Below, in pieces: positions 30,631-40,233 of a DNA stretch of 64,000 nt. Below the pieces are notes generated by a model. It worked only from the letters and a program-made list of their open reading frames with translations. It was not told the origin of the DNA and did not search any database. Origin of the DNA: an uncultured archaeon (GTDB lineage: Archaea > Iainarchaeota > Iainarchaeia > Iainarchaeales > DTGL01); the NCBI GenBank assembly GCA_964551725.1, contig CAZKED010000002.1:1-64000 (forward strand), in the 5' to 3' direction. The stretch's first letter is position 1, and each line of letters opens with the position of its first letter. Both the position numbers and the translations under genes were made by a program.

Positions 30631-33600
30631 GTGAAACAAAACATGAATGTAAAGAAACTAGTGGCATTAGGTGCCGGTGCGGCTCTTGTGGGAGCAGCGT
30701 TAGCGCCTATAGCGACAGCAGTGGACGTACAAAAATCCGACCTAGCGAACTCGCAGGGTCAGATTGCAGTGGACATAGTAGTTGCAAGCAATGCAGGGAT
30801 TACAGACGTGCTGTGGGGCGGCAATATTGCTGCTTTGGTGGCACAGTTCGGCGTTACAGAGCAGGCAGTAACAGTAAACAAAGCCTGGGCTGAAGGCGTT
30901 GAATTGGGCGAAGAAACCACAGAAACGGTGGAGCCAACAGATTTGAGCGTGGACCTAGCAATAGGTGGAACAACCACAACCTACTCTGATTCTGACAGCG
31001 AAACCTATGACTCGACAACCATGAATTCCACCGCCGGAACAGGAGCAGAGTTCATAAAAGAACTCACAAGCTCGCAGCTCTCTTTCCTGTACAACAGCAA
31101 CGACACCTTCAAGTACGGTTCAGGAACTACAGCAACAGGGACAAACTACACCCAAACAATAAAGGAGAAAATCGGAATAGAGGCTGACGCAAGGTTCGAC
31201 TACGACAGGGTTTCGGTTGAAGACTTCATAGTCTACATGGACGCAGTCGGAGACTTCAACTACGAGCTAACCTTCACAAAGGGAATACCAACAGACAACA
31301 CCCTAGCCGGAGGTTACGACACAGCATTCCAGGACGGAGACAACGACAACATAAGAATCCCCTGGTTCGGAGAAATGTACACCGTCTTTTCGGCGAAGAA
31401 CAGTCTCTCAGCAAACTACGCCAGCTCTGAACTGACCTTGGTGAAAGACACTGGAAAAGTTACCTACTATGCAGGGGAAGAAATCACCGGACTGACAGGA
31501 AAAGGCACCTACGCCGGCGAGGAATTGAAAGCAGTGCTGGAAACAGTGTACGAGACTTCACAGGGAGCAACCTACCAAGCCAGGTGGGCATTGTACAAAG
31601 CGGACGACGACACTTCGACGGCAACACCGATTGACACGCAGACAGCCGGAACAGCAGTATTCCTGGAAGACCAGTTCAAGAGCGGAGACGTATTGGATAC
31701 TTCCCTTTACGTTGAAGCAATAGGGCTGGAGAAAACAGGAGACCAGAGAGGATTTGCAACAGTGACAAAGGGAGACGACCTGATAAAGGTTGTGGACAAC
31801 AAGCAGTATCCATACTCCGCATCGGACACAGACTCGACAAACGACTACTGGAAAGCCGAAATTGTTGAGGGCACAACCACGAGCCCGGACGTAAACACCT
31901 TCTCAAAGATAACAATCTACAACAACATAAAGCTCTGGGACCAGGACAACCCGCTTTACGCAGGCGGAGCAAGAGAAGGAAGATACGGAACAGGCGCTTG
32001 GTCTCTGACACAGGACGACGTTGTAGCAAACGAAGCAAACCACGCAGTGTTCCTGGACGGCGAGTCAGATAGCACGCAGGGATACGGCTATGCAGAAGTT
32101 GTCTTTGACGGCTGGAAAGGCGGAGAAAACACCACTCTCATAGAGATTGGTGACGGCAAAGTGCACTACTGGGACACAGGAGACACAGAGCACAACATAC
32201 CGTTCTACGATAAACTGAAGATTACCTCGACAGAGAGGACCTTCACCATCGACGACCAGACCTTTTACTACAGGTGCGACACAACGGACAACAACTTCCT
32301 TTTGGGAGGAGACAACAACTACCTGAACGGCCAGCTCATGGGATTCGGCGGCTCGGACACAAACATGTACGACACCACAGCGGGATACGTCGACCTAACC
32401 CTTAAAGCAGGGGAAACAGGAACAACTGTGGTCGACCTCAACGGGTTCAGCTACACTTGCACGCACACGTTTGCTGGAAGTACATGGAACTGTGTTGCAG
32501 ACGGAAACTGTGAGTTCGCAAAAGCGTCCTTTGACTCGGCTGCAACAGGCGACTACATTGGAACCTTTACAGCAGGAGCCAGGACAACTTACCCAACATG
32601 GTACTACGACGACGGAAACACAGACCACCAGGAGAACCTGCAGAAAGCGTCAATACCGCTGACAGGCTCAGGACTCAACGACCAGACCTACTACTACACC
32701 TACATAGGAATGGAGTCAACCTACGGTAACCTGTGGTTGCTGTTGGACGACACCACAAACTTCGCAGTGCAGTACGCCAAGGACATCCAGTTGGTCGGAA
32801 CGGACACAGACGAGACAACAGGGCCAGGAACACCAAACGCTACCTACTACGTGCCGGATGAGATAGAACTCGGAGGAAGCCCCTCGGACAACACATTCTA
32901 TGTTGCAAGCTTCAACATAAACGAGAACGCAGGCGGATGGGACGGAAACGTCTACATTGAAACAAAGACAGACAACATAGTAGTGCTGCCTAACAACAAC
33001 CTGGACATCTACTCAGTGGACTTCAACTACAAAAATGCCACATGGACTCTCAGATACGATACTCCGGGAAGCTATATAGCACAGGCATACTCTGACTATG
33101 GCTCGTGGTACACGGTAGCCGACGAGAAAGTCCTCAAGGCAGTAATGCCCGAGAACCAGCAGAAACTCAAGCTGACAGTGATAGGCGAAGGCACGACCAC
33201 GACAACAGCAGCTGACGAAACCTTTGAAGGCGTGGCAGAGGGAGAGAAAGTGACAACCGAAGCGGGAACCGAAATAACGGTTTCGGCAATCAACTACACG
33301 GCAGGAACCTTCACTTACACGCCAGCCGGAGTAAGCCTCGACGACGTGGTTGCAACAGCGGACCCAGACGCAGCTGTAACAATCGTTCCGGTAGGAACAT
33401 TGTTGAAAACAGACAAGGCTGCGATGGGAAGCGGCAAGACACACATCATCATTGGTGGACAAAAAAGGAACACAATGGCAGTAGGCAAAGTGTTGGGCGA
33501 CGGCTCGACAATAGAGGAAACCCTTGTCGCAACCGGAGACTACGTTTCAGAGAAACTGCCGGACGGAGACTTCCTGTTGGCTGGATACACCGCTGCTGAC

Positions 33601-33654
33601 ACAGAAACAGCGTGCGGCGAGTTCGTGGACGCCTTGGAAGCACTGTTGGGCTGA
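30631..33654 (+). CDS. S-layer protein
   Basis: Signal peptide KKLVALGAGAALVGAAL; S-layer N motif DIVV..NA...DV...GNIAA and C motif HIIIGG...N; Thr/Asp-rich, N-glycosylation sequons, strongly biased codons. Confidence 0.85.
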   Translation: MKQNMNVKKLVALGAGAALVGAALAPIATAVDVQKSDLANSQGQIAVDIVVASNAGITDVLWGGNIAALVAQFGVTEQAVTVNKAWAEGVELGEETTETVEPTDLSVDLAIGGTTTTYSDSDSETYDSTTMNSTAGTGAEFIKELTSSQLSFLYNSNDTFKYGSGTTATGTNYTQTIKEKIGIEADARFDYDRVSVEDFIVYMDAVGDFNYELTFTKGIPTDNTLAGGYDTAFQDGDNDNIRIPWFGEMYTVFSAKNSLSANYASSELTLVKDTGKVTYYAGEEITGLTGKGTYAGEELKAVLETVYETSQGATYQARWALYKADDDTSTATPIDTQTAGTAVFLEDQFKSGDVLDTSLYVEAIGLEKTGDQRGFATVTKGDDLIKVVDNKQYPYSASDTDSTNDYWKAEIVEGTTTSPDVNTFSKITIYNNIKLWDQDNPLYAGGAREGRYGTGAWSLTQDDVVANEANHAVFLDGESDSTQGYGYAEVVFDGWKGGENTTLIEIGDGKVHYWDTGDTEHNIPFYDKLKITSTERTFTIDDQTFYYRCDTTDNNFLLGGDNNYLNGQLMGFGGSDTNMYDTTAGYVDLTLKAGETGTTVVDLNGFSYTCTHTFAGSTWNCVADGNCEFAKASFDSAATGDYIGTFTAGARTTYPTWYYDDGNTDHQENLQKASIPLTGSGLNDQTYYYTYIGMESTYGNLWLLLDDTTNFAVQYAKDIQLVGTDTDETTGPGTPNATYYVPDEIELGGSPSDNTFYVASFNINENAGGWDGNVYIETKTDNIVVLPNNNLDIYSVDFNYKNATWTLRYDTPGSYIAQAYSDYGSWYTVADEKVLKAVMPENQQKLKLTVIGEGTTTTTAADETFEGVAEGEKVTTEAGTEITVSAINYTAGTFTYTPAGVSLDDVVATADPDAAVTIVPVGTLLKTDKAAMGSGKTHIIIGGQKRNTMAVGKVLGDGSTIEETLVATGDYVSEKLPDGDFLLAGYTAADTETACGEFVDALEALLG

Positions 33655-33659
33655 AATTA

Positions 33660-33709
33660 AAAAAAAGGGTTTGAAAAAACCCTTTTTTTCTTCTTTTTTT
33701 TATTTTTTT
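33660..33709 (+). terminator. Hairpin plus oligo-T terminator after the S-layer gene
   Basis: AAAAAAAGGGTTT-GAAA-AAACCCTTTTTTT followed by T tracts. Confidence 0.75.
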
Positions 33710-33726
33710 CTATGGTTTATTGATAG

Positions 33727-34362
33727 GTGGACATTTTGAAAAAGAAAAATTTGGGTTATATTGCCATTGTGGTTATTGCAATTATTCTCGCTGCCTCGGT
33801 TTTTTACCTTCTCACGGCAAAAAGAACAGGGCACGAGTTTGAGTATTATTCAGGGGGGGTGCTGTTTACCTCCGATGCAAAGCAGCCGATGGAATTGCTT
33901 GAAGAGCTTTCGGGAAAAAATACTTTTTTCATTTCTCCCGCGCTCAGTTCCGCGCCCTCAAACGAGAATTCCAGCATTTCGAACAGTTTCTTCCTGCCTG
34001 CAATGATTGTTGTTGCAGGAAATGACAAGAATGCGGTTTCGCTTGCAAGGGTTTTTTCGGGTTCGGAGCTGAAAAGCTGTGAGACGAACTTGGGGGATGC
34101 CCGCACAAGGCTAACGCTTTCGGCACAGGAATGCCTTTCGCTGATTGAAAGTAGCAATGACTCTGTTTTTATATTCGCGGATTTCCCTAACGCGGAAGAA
34201 GTGGAGCAGGTGTTCGTTTCAGAGAACTCAATCGAGGTAAAGACCAATAGTTTCAGTTCAATGAAAACGAGTTCACTGGCTTTGCTTGAGCGCATGTTTC
34301 CCAATGCAAGGGGAGTGATTGAATCCTCTAACCAAGTGCTGGGGGGCCTTGGATTTGGGTGA
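33727..34362 (+). CDS. Membrane-anchored hypothetical protein
   Basis: Single N-terminal TM, then a Ser-rich domain with a Cys pair. Confidence 0.65.
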   Translation: MDILKKKNLGYIAIVVIAIILAASVFYLLTAKRTGHEFEYYSGGVLFTSDAKQPMELLEELSGKNTFFISPALSSAPSNENSSISNSFFLPAMIVVAGNDKNAVSLARVFSGSELKSCETNLGDARTRLTLSAQECLSLIESSNDSVFIFADFPNAEEVEQVFVSENSIEVKTNSFSSMKTSSLALLERMFPNARGVIESSNQVLGGLGFG

Positions 34363-35383
34363 AGGGAATTCAGGTCCGCAGTTTCTCAGGGCGCTGCTGT
34401 CCCTTGTCCTTGTTGCAGCGTTGCTTTTCCTTGTCGCCTGGTTAACTGAAGCGCATTCCGAACTCGGAAAGGTCGATTTTTTCCTGTTGGCTTCGGCGGC
34501 AACCTTTTTTCTTCTCTCCGTCTTTGTGTGGATAGTTTCATGGGCTTTCCTTATAAGGAAAAGGCACGGCATTCCTTATCCCAAAATGCTCGCAATAGGC
34601 TTCTCTTCTGTTTACGGAAGCATTACCCCTGTGCAGATAGGCGCGGAAGCGCTCAGGAGCATCAGGTTGAAGCGCTTGTTTGGCGTTTCCTTAACCGAAA
34701 GCGTTTCCTCCGCAATGGCCGTGAAGGGATTAAAGTTCGCTTCTCTTTCGCTCAGCGCTTCGGTTCTGATTGCCCTCTTTCTTTTGGGAAGGGAAATTGA
34801 CGCAATACTGCTTGTCCCGCTTCTCTCGGGCTTTTTCGTTGTTTTGATCGCTGCATTCCTGTTCCTCCTGCCCATTAACAAGCGCTTTGGAGAAAAGATT
34901 TCCTCATTTTTCCTTTCCTTCCGCGCAATTCCGGGCTTTTCATTGCTGGGAAAGTATTTTTCCAGTTACTCGGATTACCTGGCGGAAATTTCCAAGAATG
35001 CGTTCCTCTGGATATTCTTTCTTTCCTTTTCTTCCTGGGTCCTTGAATTTCTCGCATTCTATTTTGTTTTCCTTTCCCTTAACCTTTTTCTGCCGCTGGC
35101 TTCCCTTGCGGTATTGTTCGTTCTCCTGGCGGTAGTAGAAAGAACCCCTTTCCTTCCCCGCGGCATACTTTTGTTCGAGATAGCCGGCTTTGCATTCCTT
35201 TCAATGTCCCACCTTGTCCAGACAGAACTTTCCGTTGGGGAAATCGGCTCGGTGATAGTTCTCCTTGACTTTGTAAGACTTGTGGTGCCGGTTTTCCTCT
35301 CAGTGCTTTTCTACGCGGTGTTCAAAGCGAGAGGAATAAAAAACTCCAGAAAGAGCAGTTCACTGCAACAAGTATCCAGATGA
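34358..35383 (+). CDS. Lysylphosphatidylglycerol synthase TM-domain / UPF0104 flippase-like protein
   Basis: ITPVQIGAEALRS, TPFLPRG..FE, R in last TM; start approximate. Confidence 0.75.
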   Translation, partial: GEGNSGPQFLRALLSLVLVAALLFLVAWLTEAHSELGKVDFFLLASAATFFLLSVFVWIVSWAFLIRKRHGIPYPKMLAIGFSSVYGSITPVQIGAEALRSIRLKRLFGVSLTESVSSAMAVKGLKFASLSLSASVLIALFLLGREIDAILLVPLLSGFFVVLIAAFLFLLPINKRFGEKISSFFLSFRAIPGFSLLGKYFSSYSDYLAEISKNAFLWIFFLSFSSWVLEFLAFYFVFLSLNLFLPLASLAVLFVLLAVVERTPFLPRGILLFEIAGFAFLSMSHLVQTELSVGEIGSVIVLLDFVRLVVPVFLSVLFYAVFKARGIKNSRKSSSLQQVSR

Positions 35384-36287
35384 TTGCAACAAGCACGTGC
35401 TCTTTTTTTGGCCCCAGAATTATTATGAGCAGTTTTGCAAAGTCCAGCTTTTTTTTGCCCTTGTAATCCGGCAGATTAATTTTTCCCTCGGCGTCCAGCG
35501 AATATGGTCTTGCTTTTCTCTGGCTGGGGTCGCTGGGGTTTGTTGCCATTTTTACCGCAAAGTCTATCATGTGGGGCAAAAAGAAAAGGAAACTGAAGAC
35601 CATCAGAGTCCAGCTGCCTGCAATTACCATCATTCCAGCAAGTGCAGAACCAATGAGCAGTGTTCCGCTGTCTCCCGGGAATGCCCTTGCGGGATAGAGG
35701 TTGAATAAAAGCATTGCAAGTATTGCCCCGCTAACAATAAGCGCGAGCGGGTATAAGGGGCTTCCCGAAACAAAGAGAAGAATGAAATAGAAGACCGAAA
35801 TAATGAAACCGGAGCCGATTTCCCACCCGTTCAGTCCGGCAAAAGTGTTCTCAAAGCTTGCTATTCCCGCCAAGTAAAGCGCCGCAACGATTGCAAGAAG
35901 GGAATATGGGAAATTCAGCGCTGCAAACACAAGCGAGACAACCGCTATAGTCAGTGCCCTGAAGCCCCAGCTCCGTGTTTTGCCCAGGAATTTGGGTTTT
36001 ATGTCGTCCAGAAGTCCCACGGAAGAGAAAACACTCACCATGAAAAGCCATATTGCCACTTTTGTTTCCAGAATTCCGAATACCCCGTTTAAAAGCCCTG
36101 CTGCGGAAACAATCCACAACGGGACAAGCATTGCAATGCCCACGCTTTCAGGGAGTTTTATCTGGGAGGGCTTGTTTATGTCAATGCCTATTATGCCCTT
36201 TTTCCTGTTTATTTTTGCCACAAGGAAAACGCTGAGAAATCCGATAAGGAGGGAAGGCAAAAACCAGTAAACCGCGGAACCAATCAT
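35322..36287 (-). CDS. MraY/DPAGT1-family polyprenyl-phosphate GlcNAc-1-P transferase (AglH-like)
   Basis: GIDINKP...LPESVG, GLLDD, NTFAGLNGWE, YPARAFPGDSGTL. Confidence 0.85.
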   Translation of the reverse strand: MIGSAVYWFLPSLLIGFLSVFLVAKINRKKGIIGIDINKPSQIKLPESVGIAMLVPLWIVSAAGLLNGVFGILETKVAIWLFMVSVFSSVGLLDDIKPKFLGKTRSWGFRALTIAVVSLVFAALNFPYSLLAIVAALYLAGIASFENTFAGLNGWEIGSGFIISVFYFILLFVSGSPLYPLALIVSGAILAMLLFNLYPARAFPGDSGTLLIGSALAGMMVIAGSWTLMVFSFLFFLPHMIDFAVKMATNPSDPSQRKARPYSLDAEGKINLPDYKGKKKLDFAKLLIIILGPKKEHVLVAIIWILVAVNCSFWSFLFLSL

Positions 36288-36344
36288 TCTTTTTCCCCGA
36301 ACGCCTGAAGAAACAAACTAAAGTATTTGCGTCAAAAGATTTAA

Positions 36345-37616
36345 TTACGTTTCTGTTCCCTCTTTCCCGGGCTTCATTAATTCGGAGAGGAGCACTGTTG
36401 CATAGCATCCCTTATCCAGGTAAAAAGAAACCTTGCATTTCCTCTTTCCCTCAAAAAATTCGTCCTCCCCAATTTCCAGCAATTTCATTTCCCTCGGGAA
36501 AAAGAAAATTTTCCTCCTCGCTCCCTGGCAGGAGCATTCCTTCATTTTTTCCAGCTTGAAATCCGCAAACGTGATTCCCTCTTTTTCGAGCAGTTCCCTT
36601 TCCAGTTCCCCTATCCTGCCCGGCGAAAACGCGGAGTTATAACCGGGCAGCAAGCCCATGGGAATTCCGTCCTCCTGGGGTTCGCCCTCGAGAGGCTCAA
36701 AAAGCCCTTCCCCGAGCCTTTTTTCCACGAGCCGGTTGAACAAATGGGACTGGTAGGCGTGAGTGAATAGAAAGCGCAGCCTGCGGGGAAGAATGCTGAA
36801 TGCCCCGAAAAAGTCCTTCCTGTTGTTTGCCAGGTAATGCGCCATTGCTCTCTCATAACGGTATTTTATGGGAAATTCCCTCTCCGCCTGCTTGAAGTTG
36901 CTGGATTCTGCCAAATGCAGCCTTGCCTCTTTCACTTCCTTTTCCTCGAGCTCGCTTATTGCGGTCAGGTAAAGCATTACCGCTGATTTTATGTCCTCCC
37001 TGATTATTTCCCTTCCCACCAAATGACTTATCTGCCTTATGCTGCCGAACCTCTGCTCTCCAAAGTAGTTGGGAATTCCTTTCTCCATTTCCCCGAACGC
37101 CTCATCCCCCCTTTTCTTGATTTCCTCCCCGCTCAGGGGAATATCCCTTATTTTTACAGTGAAATAGTTTCCATTCAGGTCCCCAAGGTCAATGCCTGAA
37201 TCGCTCCATTCTGGGTTCCTGAGGACAATGCCGCGCGCGGAGAATTTTTCCAGCTGTTTCACGCTCGGCATGAAAACGCTGATTCTCTGGCACGTTACAG
37301 CGCGCTTGTCCTTCAGTCCAGCATACCCTATGCTTTTCTGGCTTTTGTGCAGCGCCCTTGCAACTGTTTTCACCGCGAGGTTTGTTTCAGTGTTGCATTT
37401 TTCCATTTCAAGCAGCAAAAAATCCTTTCTCCCTTCGGGAATTTTCATTTCCCCCCTGGTTTCCCCCTGCCCTTTTTTCCCATTTTCCTCCCGGAGAAAA
37501 AATTCCGCGCTGCATTTTTTTCCATTCCCGGCGAGTTCTTCAACAATAAAATCAGAATAGCGCCTCTTTATTTTTCCGCCGATTCCCTTTGCTTTTGTAA
37601 AGAATTTTTTTTCCAC
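36345..37616 (-). CDS. truD: tRNA pseudouridine(13) synthase
   Basis: DFIVEE, GYAGLKDKRAVTCQ, PNYFGEQRFG, HAYQSHLFN, KGCYATVLL; GTG start at 37616. Confidence 0.93.
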   Translation of the reverse strand: MEKKFFTKAKGIGGKIKRRYSDFIVEELAGNGKKCSAEFFLREENGKKGQGETRGEMKIPEGRKDFLLLEMEKCNTETNLAVKTVARALHKSQKSIGYAGLKDKRAVTCQRISVFMPSVKQLEKFSARGIVLRNPEWSDSGIDLGDLNGNYFTVKIRDIPLSGEEIKKRGDEAFGEMEKGIPNYFGEQRFGSIRQISHLVGREIIREDIKSAVMLYLTAISELEEKEVKEARLHLAESSNFKQAEREFPIKYRYERAMAHYLANNRKDFFGAFSILPRRLRFLFTHAYQSHLFNRLVEKRLGEGLFEPLEGEPQEDGIPMGLLPGYNSAFSPGRIGELERELLEKEGITFADFKLEKMKECSCQGARRKIFFFPREMKLLEIGEDEFFEGKRKCKVSFYLDKGCYATVLLSELMKPGKEGTET

Positions 37617-37626
37617 GAAAAAACGC

Positions 37627-38853
37627 CTACTTGAACCTGAGGATTGCGCCGATTCCCCCGAACCCTTTGAGGAATTCCTTCCCTTCCTCGGTTTCCGTTC
37701 CCACGATAATAGTGCCAGCGCCGATTTTTTCCGCCTTTTCCATGAGGTAGTCAATGTATTCCTTTTCTTCCTCCGCTTCCATTTCCGTTCCGCACCCGCT
37801 GCATTTTAATTCCTGTTCTTCTCCCTCGCTGAAAACCCGTGTTTTTCTTTTGCCGCAACCCGGGCAGGAGAATTCAACCGCTTTTTTCTCCAGTTCGTCG
37901 CTCAGAATAAGCGTTTTCACTTTTCCCGTTTCCAGCGCTTCCAGGACTTCTTTTTCCCCGTAAACCGCAAGCCCTGTTTTTATTATGTTTTTTAGGAATT
38001 CCTCGATTATTTCCTTTTCCCTTATTATTTCCGTGTTCTTGAGCAAATCCCCGCTCCTGTTTATTGCCTCCCTTACGCCCGATTCGTCGGTGTAAGAAGT
38101 GCTTATCCTGCCGAGAATTTTTTTCGCAAGCCTGCTGTCAAGGAGCCCTGCTTCCAAGAAATAGTCCTTTGTAATGCCGGGCCCTGCAACAATAATTCCC
38201 TTCAACTTGTCCAAGTGCTTCAGGAATGCTTGGTTTGCCTTTTCGCTCACGCTAGCGTAAAAATCGTGCTCCGCCTCCTCCCTCAAGCGCTCGAAGCGAT
38301 GCGCTGACTGCCCTCCCGCTCTTATTTTCCCGGGCACCCTGCTCTTGAACTGCCCTATGGTTTCGTAGCGTGTTCCCATAAGCAAGGCCAGAGTGGCTTC
38401 GTTCTTGTCTATTACTATTATTCCGTAAACCTCGGAGGGCTTCACCATTGCTTCCAATGGTTCAAGGAAGAATGTTGAATCGCACCAGTAAAGTTTTGTT
38501 TCGAGGTTCTGCACAGGCCTTACGGTGAAAAGCTTTATGTCCGTTTTTCCCTCCTGCTCGGAAATGTTCCCGCAGAATACTGCCAAACCTGTTTTTGGCA
38601 GGTTAAAATCGATCCTTTTCAGGAAGTTTATTATTTTTTTTAGTGCGGCTTGCACGTTCTTCCTTGTTTTGGGGTCCTTTATGTTCGAACTCTGGCTCAT
38701 TTCCTCCGTGAGCTGCGAGGTCAGCGAGCTCCTGTCCGTGCCGAAAGGTATGAGTACTGAAATTAGCTCAGTGCCTGAACCTTTCATTGCCTTCAGCTTT
38801 TTCACTTTTTTGCTGAAAATGCTCCTTTCAGCGCTTTTGTCTTTTTCCTTCAT
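37627..38853 (-). CDS. prf1: Peptide chain release factor aRF1
   Basis: GTELIS, NIKD, YWCDSTF, GGQSAHRF, FGGIGAILRF. Confidence 0.95.
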   Translation of the reverse strand: MKEKDKSAERSIFSKKVKKLKAMKGSGTELISVLIPFGTDRSSLTSQLTEEMSQSSNIKDPKTRKNVQAALKKIINFLKRIDFNLPKTGLAVFCGNISEQEGKTDIKLFTVRPVQNLETKLYWCDSTFFLEPLEAMVKPSEVYGIIVIDKNEATLALLMGTRYETIGQFKSRVPGKIRAGGQSAHRFERLREEAEHDFYASVSEKANQAFLKHLDKLKGIIVAGPGITKDYFLEAGLLDSRLAKKILGRISTSYTDESGVREAINRSGDLLKNTEIIREKEIIEEFLKNIIKTGLAVYGEKEVLEALETGKVKTLILSDELEKKAVEFSCPGCGKRKTRVFSEGEEQELKCSGCGTEMEAEEEKEYIDYLMEKAEKIGAGTIIVGTETEEGKEFLKGFGGIGAILRFK

Positions 38854-38972
38854 TTTTTTCTTCCCCTTCCCCAGCCAAAATGTGCCCTTTTCGGGGCATA
38901 AGAAAAGGTTTTTAATACCGGAAATAACAATATTATAGAATTTAATAATTTCTAACCCGAATAAATTAAAAG

Positions 38973-39791
38973 GTGTTGCAATTGTTCGACGAGGACTTTT
39001 TCAAAATGTACAATGAAGACGAGGACGAGGAGGAAAAGAAAGATGACACGATTGAAACAATTTCCTATCCCGCTTATGAGGAATCCGGCAAATTGTTCGT
39101 GTTAAGCGTCGGCGGCTCGCTCATCGCGCCGGAAAAGCCGGATTCAACCTTTCTCTCAAAGTTTTCGCTCACTTTAAAGAGCCTCGGGGAGCGCGGATAC
39201 CGCTTTGCAATAGTTGCCGGCGGCGGCAGTGTCGGAAGGAATTACATTGCTTCCGCGAGAAGCCTGGGAGCGGACAATTTTTCCCTGGATTTGCTTGGCA
39301 TTGCGGTAACGCGCATTAATGCAATGCTCCTCATCCAGGCGCTGGAGAATGCCTATCCGCATGTTCTGACAGAAATACCGGAGGCAAAGCATGCTCTCGT
39401 CCTCGGAAAAACCCCTGTATTCGGCGGCTTGCTGCCGGGCATCACCACTGACGCGGTTGCAGCTCTGCTCGCGGAATTTTTGGGCGCGGATTACATTAAT
39501 CTCACGAATGTTGACGGAATTTATTCCGCTGACCCGAAACTCAAGCCGAATGCCAAATTCTACCCCGAATTGAGCCACGACAGGCTCATTAGCCTCATGC
39601 AGGTCGCGGAATCGAAACCGGGGCAGAATCTGGTCATGGATTTGCCGGCGTGCTACATCCTCAAGCGCTCGAACATCCGCGGCATTGTTCTTAACGGAAG
39701 CGATTTGAGCAATTTCGAGTACGCGGTGGACGGCGGCGAATTCACTGGAACGGTGATAAAGACCGCGGCAGAAATTGAAGAAAGTGAGTAA
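38973..39791 (+). CDS. pyrH: UMP kinase with acidic N-terminal extension
   Basis: VLSVGGS, VAGGG..GRNYI, PGITTDAVAA, TNVDGIYSADP. Confidence 0.92.
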   Translation: MLQLFDEDFFKMYNEDEDEEEKKDDTIETISYPAYEESGKLFVLSVGGSLIAPEKPDSTFLSKFSLTLKSLGERGYRFAIVAGGGSVGRNYIASARSLGADNFSLDLLGIAVTRINAMLLIQALENAYPHVLTEIPEAKHALVLGKTPVFGGLLPGITTDAVAALLAEFLGADYINLTNVDGIYSADPKLKPNAKFYPELSHDRLISLMQVAESKPGQNLVMDLPACYILKRSNIRGIVLNGSDLSNFEYAVDGGEFTGTVIKTAAEIEESE

Positions 39792-39806
39792 TTTTTATTC
39801 TATTTT

Positions 39807-40190
39807 TTATTTTTGCTTGCTTTGCCATCCCTGTATGTACATTAAGTTTGTTGCGTCAACTAGGTAACGTCTTCCAATTCCTGTTTCCCTGTTTACATCT
39901 ACAACCCAAGCACTGTGGCGTAAATGGGATGGATCCTCTTGTAGGCCAATTCCTTTAAGTATCCCAATGTCCCACCCAATCCCCCTCTTTAGGATTTTGA
40001 GGTTCCTCAAATTGTTTTCTTTGGCGTATTCATCTAATCGGCTCCCGTCGACAAGATCGTGGCCGGGTTTTCTGAGTTCTCTCATTTCAACAGAATAGCT
40101 TCCATCTGGTTCCATTACAACTTTTGCTTTAAGTGTCGGAATTCCGGCGGTCTTAGCTCGCCGTAGTACATCCACATTGAAATTGGCCAT
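39807..40190 (-). CDS. Orphan hypothetical protein
   Basis: 127-aa ORF with its own TATA-like upstream sequence; AT-richer than neighbours. Confidence 0.55.
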   Translation of the reverse strand: MANFNVDVLRRAKTAGIPTLKAKVVMEPDGSYSVEMRELRKPGHDLVDGSRLDEYAKENNLRNLKILKRGIGWDIGILKGIGLQEDPSHLRHSAWVVDVNRETGIGRRYLVDATNLMYIQGWQSKQK

Positions 40191-40233
40191 AACAAATGTT
40201 ATTTTGTTCCTAGTTCTTTAAATTTTCTTAAAC

